Shown here: positions 63,901-64,000 of the stretch, in pieces
Position numbering within the stretch: position 1 is the stretch's first letter
Layout of the letters: each line of letters opens with the position of its first letter
Source of the DNA: Octopus sinensis
Taxonomy: Eukaryota
NCBI RefSeq assembly: GCF_006345805.1
Contig: NC_043016.1
Location: forward strand, 21,390,001-21,454,000
Length of the DNA stretch: 64,000 nucleotides
Direction: 5' to 3'
Notes under the pieces: generated by a model
The model's input: only the letters and a program-made list of their open reading frames with translations
Database searches by the model: none
What the model was told of the DNA's origin: nothing
Position numbers and translations under genes: made by a program

Positions 63901-64000
63901 ATTAATAATTGTTTTTCATTTTATATTTAAAGGTACTAAAATATCTGATATTTCAAGACCTAAGATGGATGTAATTGAAGTTACTAAGTTATTACCTAAA
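5628..64000 (+). CDS. NUP98: Nuclear pore complex protein Nup98-Nup96 precursor, multi-exon gene (25 coding exons in window, 3' end outside)
   Basis: Spliced translation gives an MFTK..FG-rich N-terminus, GLEBS ([36 protein letters not shown]), [37 protein letters not shown], the autopeptidase domain ([42 protein letters not shown]|SKYGL) and Nup96 start (MQMMKASFF). All introns GT-AG with consistent phases. Confidence 0.97.
8560..9010 (+). mobile_element. Degenerate RTE LINE reverse transcriptase fragment
   Basis: [34 protein letters not shown] remnants. Confidence 0.8.
9371..9403 (+). CDS. NUP98: NUP98 exon 2, 33-nt microexon ([10 protein letters not shown])
   Basis: Long pyrimidine tract + cag; A|gtaagt donor; phase 1-1. 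Confidence 0.8.
9565..9720 (-). mobile_element. tRNA-derived SINE head, degenerate
   Basis: Reverse complement resembles the head of the copies at 54362 and 54690. Confidence 0.6.
10899..11653 (-). mobile_element. Non-autonomous Helitron with duplicated 5' end (11584 and 11653)
   Basis: A|TCTTTATATATAAC starts; imperfect GC hairpin then CTAG|T at 10899; internal degenerate subrepeats. Confidence 0.65.
12749..13337. mobile_element. MITE with TIRs (Tc1/mariner-superfamily-like)
   Basis: ccataaaaacccatg (12751-12765) and catgggtttttatgg-ta (13321-13337) are reverse complements; no ORF. Confidence 0.7.
13504..13632 (+). CDS. NUP98: NUP98 exon 3 (FG/GLFG repeats)
   Basis: cag|ATTTTGGT..TTT T|gtatgt; encodes SLFG, GGLFG, TFG; phase 1-1. 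Confidence 0.93.
13950..14560 (+). mobile_element. RTE LINE C-terminal fragment
   Basis: [30 protein letters not shown]. Confidence 0.75.
14725..14915. mobile_element. Short MITE-like repeat; related copy at ~33985-34195
   Basis: Shared core aatcacattatcaaaa..ataatgcatgatt..atctgaatg in both copies. Confidence 0.55.
15124..15240 (+). CDS. NUP98: NUP98 exon 4 (GGLFG)
   Basis: tag|CATTTAGC..TTT G|gtaagt; phase 1-1. Confidence 0.92.
15455..17620 (-). mobile_element. RTE LINE 3' portion, degenerate (CAT-tailed 3' UTR + ORF2 remnants)
   Basis: Same 3' UTR family as 46166; [28 protein letters not shown] remnant. Confidence 0.8.
18656..18736 (+). CDS. NUP98: NUP98 exon 5 (FG)
   Basis: cacag|CCTTTGGA..AAC A|gtaagt; phase 1-1. 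Confidence 0.9.
20475..22988 (-). mobile_element. Ty3/Gypsy (K02A2.6-like) LTR retrotransposon relic: LTRs 22718-22988 and 20475-20785, gag, protease, start of RT
   Basis: Two diverged TG..CA direct repeats; PBS-like TGGCAACAAG; gag [24 protein letters not shown]; CCHC knuckles [17 protein letters not shown]; protease LQLDTS; [25 protein letters not shown]. Confidence 0.9.
20790..21000 (+). mobile_element. RTE-type LINE C-terminal fragment between LTR and internal region
   Basis: [23 protein letters not shown]. Confidence 0.7.
22990..23310 (+). mobile_element. RTE LINE C-terminal fragment
   Basis: [28 protein letters not shown] remnants. Confidence 0.7.
24165..24316 (+). CDS. NUP98: NUP98 exon 6, GLEBS (Rae1-binding) motif, first part
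   Basis: [40 protein letters not shown]; tcag| acceptor, GAG|gtgtgt donor. Confidence 0.97.
24955..25215 (-). mobile_element. HERO-clade non-LTR retrotransposon C-terminal fragment (restriction-like endonuclease)
   Basis: [34 protein letters not shown] / [26 protein letters not shown] resembles HERO EEAHERK.K.Y.EL..C...[16 protein letters not shown]. Confidence 0.7.
25430..26060 (-). mobile_element. Helitron Rep/Hel PIF1-helicase fragment, degenerate
   Basis: [53 protein letters not shown]. Confidence 0.85.
26234..26399 (+). CDS. NUP98: NUP98 exon 7, GLEBS second part + FG
   Basis: cag|GAACTCAGATTAGAAGATTAT = [13 protein letters not shown]; donor A|gtaagt. Confidence 0.97.
27300..27790 (+). 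mobile_element. Merlin (ISXO2/IS1595-like DDE) transposase remnant
   Basis: [48 protein letters not shown], with stops and frameshifts. Confidence 0.8.
28043..28341 (+). CDS. NUP98: NUP98 exon 8 (FG/GLFG, Q/N/T-rich)
   Basis: tag|CTGGTTTTGGA..ACA|gtaagt; open frame, phase 1-0. Confidence 0.94.
29205..29358 (+). CDS. NUP98: NUP98 exon 9 (SGGLFG..)
   Basis: tcag|AGTGGAGGC; donor G|gtgaat at 29358 (in-frame alternative G|gtgtat at 29349). Confidence 0.88.
30665..31050 (-). mobile_element. RTE 3' tail fragment followed by SINE head fragment
   Basis: catcatt..ttcccatgcttgcatgggttagatgg..ttggatgcccttcctgatgccaa; then gcaaaaggc..ggattgaatccaagcccatgtggttgg. Confidence 0.65.
31109..31760 (-). mobile_element. 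mariner (DD34D) transposon 3' remnant with TIR
   Basis: [27 protein letters not shown] motifs; TA-tgaaggttggcttaaaagttaataggctgacc terminus. Confidence 0.88.
32140..33400 (-). mobile_element. piggyBac (PGBD4-like) transposase remnant
   Basis: [29 protein letters not shown]; C-terminal [21 protein letters not shown] cysteine-rich domain. Confidence 0.88.
34681..34913 (-). mobile_element. tRNA-derived SINE (octopus OR-like), near full length
   Basis: Head aaggcgacgagctggaagaaatgtt (A box) and gagttcaaattcc (B box); core aaataagtaccagtt..gtcgatataatcgac; partial copy at 62325-62430 (+). Confidence 0.8.
35280..35600 (+). mobile_element. RTE 3' UTR/tail copy
   Basis: aaaagcaccc..ggaagggcatccagctgtaaaa..catggaagatagatattaaacaatgataatgatgat. 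Confidence 0.7.
37026..37061 (+). CDS. NUP98: NUP98 exon 10, 36-nt microexon ([12 protein letters not shown])
   Basis: Pyrimidine tract + aag acceptor; G|gtaggt donor; phase 1-1; pure FG content. Confidence 0.75.
38385..38750 (-). mobile_element. RTE 3' UTR/tail copy
   Basis: catcatcatcatttaatgcccattgtccatgctgg..ggctggatgccc. Confidence 0.75.
39515..39670 (+). CDS. NUP98: NUP98 exon 11 (FG)
   Basis: ttag|GTACATCT..ACT G|gtaaat; phase 1-1. Confidence 0.92.
40792..40861 (+). CDS. NUP98: NUP98 exon 12
   Basis: cag|GACTAGGT..GGA AG|gtaatt; phase 1-2, needed to join exon 13. Confidence 0.88.
42845..42959 (+). CDS. NUP98: NUP98 exon 13 ([18 protein letters not shown])
   Basis: Matches the conserved Nup98 xPYGDSxLF motif; GAC|gtaagt. 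Confidence 0.95.
43386..43529 (+). CDS. NUP98: NUP98 exon 14 ([15 protein letters not shown])
   Basis: Conserved Nup98 motif; cag| and AAA|gtaagt. Confidence 0.95.
43560..43800 (+). mobile_element. RTE 3' UTR/tail copy in intron 14
   Basis: aaaggcacccactacacg..ccagctgtaga..aaatgatgat. Confidence 0.75.
43952..44100 (+). CDS. NUP98: NUP98 exon 15 ([17 protein letters not shown])
   Basis: Conserved Nup98 motifs; tag| and AG|gtgagt; phase 0-2. Confidence 0.95.
44597..44668 (+). CDS. NUP98: NUP98 exon 16, 72 nt ([23 protein letters not shown])
   Basis: ttttctctatcttcag acceptor, AA|gtaagt donor, open in frame; phase 2-2, so it can be skipped without frameshift. Confidence 0.78.
44681..44713. 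repeat. (TC)n microsatellite 12 nt after exon 16 donor
   Basis: Direct inspection. Confidence 0.95.
44714..45808 (+). mobile_element. RTE 3' UTR copy with internal ~290-bp duplication, 62-bp tandem array and (GAT)n tail
   Basis: 44714-44960 repeated at 45001-45250; ends ggacgttaaatgatgatgatg. Confidence 0.85.
45350..45630 (+). repeat. 62-bp minisatellite, ~4.5 near-identical copies
   Basis: Unit gccagcctcgtctggcacctgtgtcggtggcacataaaaacaccatccgagcgtggccgtct starts at 45411, 45473, 45535, 45597. Confidence 0.95.
45809..46154 (+). mobile_element. Short non-autonomous Helitron
   Basis: Begins atatatatataaacagcaaaatgtctgtctgtc; ends imperfect hairpin gcgtgcaacaccggg then CTGG|T. Confidence 0.65.
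46166..47060 (-). mobile_element. RTE LINE 3' end (ORF2 C-terminus + 3' UTR + (CAT)n tail)
   Basis: [54 protein letters not shown]. Confidence 0.92.
47497..48140. repeat. Foldback/MITE-like element with ~200-bp inverted arms and an extra internal arm copy
   Basis: 47497-47692 is the reverse complement of ~47938-48140; 47822-47945 repeats the left arm. Confidence 0.8.
48218..48400 (-). mobile_element. RTE 3' tail copy, young
   Basis: catcatcatttagcgtccgctttccatgctagcatgggttggacggttcaactgggg; nearly complementary to 45640-45800. Confidence 0.9.
48606..48684 (+). CDS. NUP98: NUP98 exon 17 ([26 protein letters not shown])
   Basis: T-tract + gaag acceptor; GAG|gtaagt; supplies the required phase 2-to-0 bridge. 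Confidence 0.8.
49300..49800 (-). mobile_element. RTE ORF2 remnant
   Basis: ctgcctttcactctgagggagaagccctttgttacc block shared with 16340 and with the reverse strand of 51825. Confidence 0.7.
50659..50863 (+). CDS. NUP98: NUP98 exon 18, start of autopeptidase (Nucleoporin2/peptidase S59) domain
   Basis: [41 protein letters not shown]. Confidence 0.97.
50930..51890 (+). mobile_element. RTE LINE reverse transcriptase fragment
   Basis: [52 protein letters not shown]. Confidence 0.92.
52282..52491. mobile_element. piggyBac-type MITE
   Basis: TTAA-cctttacgatac ... gtaacgaaaggg-TTAA imperfect TIRs with TTAA flanks. Confidence 0.6.
53029..53168 (+). CDS. NUP98: NUP98 exon 19, autopeptidase domain
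   Basis: [34 protein letters not shown]; TCA|gtgagt. Confidence 0.97.
53241..53460 (-). mobile_element. ~220-bp hammerhead-bearing mini-insertion flanked by an 18-bp direct repeat
   Basis: tacagacattaaagaatt (53223-53240) and tacagatattaaagaatt (53461-53478); TA tracts at both ends. Confidence 0.65.
53296..53381 (-). ncRNA. Minimal type I hammerhead ribozyme-like fold
   Basis: CGG-CTGAAGA-AGGCC..GGCCC-GAA-ACATATGT-A-CCG: canonical core, palindromic stem III, GUA site, 3-bp stem I, A-C mismatch at stem II base. Confidence 0.65.
53551..53664 (+). CDS. NUP98: NUP98 exon 20, autopeptidase domain
   Basis: [29 protein letters not shown]; GAG|gtgaga. Confidence 0.97.
53794..53904 (+). CDS. NUP98: NUP98 exon 21 with autoproteolytic site HF|SKYGL (F codon 53803-53805, S codon 53806-53808)
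   Basis: GTG AAG CAT TTT TCC AAA TAT GGT CTC = VKHFSKYGL followed by acidic DDDSEDD, the established Nup98/Nup96 cleavage motif. Confidence 0.98.
54362..54525 (+). mobile_element. tRNA-derived SINE head
   Basis: ggcgcaggtatggctgtctgctaagaagtatgctttccaaccacatggttccaggttcagttcc..gaaagaagcc. Confidence 0.85.
54843..54985. repeat. Long (TA)n compound microsatellite
   Basis: Direct inspection. Confidence 0.97.
55040..55585 (-). mobile_element. Purine-skewed insertion, probable PLE terminal repeat (pLTR) with degenerate hammerhead-like core
   Basis: Non-SINE block nested in the SINE microsatellite; minus strand GAA-GTATAC-GTC-TCGCT..AGCGA-CTGAAGA. Confidence 0.45.
57556..57766 (+). CDS. NUP98: NUP98 exon 22 (Nup96 N-terminal region)
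   Basis: tttag|AAGCAA..GAA G|gtaagt; open frame, phase 0-1. Confidence 0.87.
58700..59130 (+). mobile_element. Penelope-like element GIY-YIG endonuclease remnant
   Basis: [13 protein letters not shown](deletion)[39 protein letters not shown]. Confidence 0.88.
60159..60281 (+). CDS. NUP98: NUP98 exon 23 (..[11 protein letters not shown], Nup96)
   Basis: Resembles the conserved Nup96 xQxMKAS motif; ttag| and G|gtatgt. Confidence 0.9.
60560..60853 (+). mobile_element. tRNA-derived SINE, near-complete (5' slightly truncated)
   Basis: ttgcttcccaaccacatggctccgggttcagtccc..agaataagtactaggc..gactgaaacaagtaaaagaataaaagag. Confidence 0.88.
60974..61105 (+). CDS. NUP98: NUP98 exon 24 (Nup96); 3' boundary uncertain
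   Basis: tttttattttcag acceptor; donor A|gtaggt at 61105 or weaker G|gttcaa at 61042, both phase 1. Confidence 0.75.
63230..63430. repeat. (CAC/CAT)n low-complexity tract
   Basis: Direct inspection. Confidence 0.85.
63933..64000 (+). CDS. NUP98: NUP98 exon 25, truncated by window end ([22 protein letters not shown])
   Basis: T-rich tract + aag acceptor; phase 1; open to window end. Confidence 0.75.

Noticed and set aside
5668-63932. Intronic snoRNAs or miRNAs
   Set aside because: No convincing C/D box pair with terminal stem or H/ACA double hairpin recognised by eye; a snoscan/Infernal run would be needed to exclude them.

Overview
AT-rich animal genomic DNA, most likely an octopus (inferred from recognisable octopus-type tRNA-derived SINEs, RTE 3' tails with (CAT)n ends and long TA/CA microsatellites). 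One host gene spans the window on the + strand: NUP98 (the Nup98-Nup96 precursor). I hand-assembled 25 GT-AG coding exons from ATG 5628 to the window end (~1,030 codons; gene continues past 64000), with reading phase consistent at every junction. The model includes the FG/GLFG domain, the GLEBS motif, the autopeptidase domain and the HF|SKYGL self-cleavage site (F at about residue 821). Most ORFs in the supplied track are spurious or transposon debris. The introns hold relics of CR1/L2-like, RTE and HERO non-LTR elements, Penelope-like elements (PLEs), a Ty3/Gypsy element, Helitrons, mariner, piggyBac, Merlin, MITEs and SINEs. The most interesting non-obvious signal is two type I hammerhead-ribozyme folds with palindromic stem III (2056-2140 and 53296-53381) plus one degenerate permuted core (55165-55242). 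All three are antisense to NUP98, sit next to TA microsatellites and are associated with PLE-like relics, suggesting a small ribozyme-bearing mobile element family. Also notable: frame-symmetric FG microexons, candidate poison and Nup98-only splice routes, and long inverted repeats able to form intronic dsRNA. TE boundaries are approximate, and all family calls come from motif recognition, not database searches.
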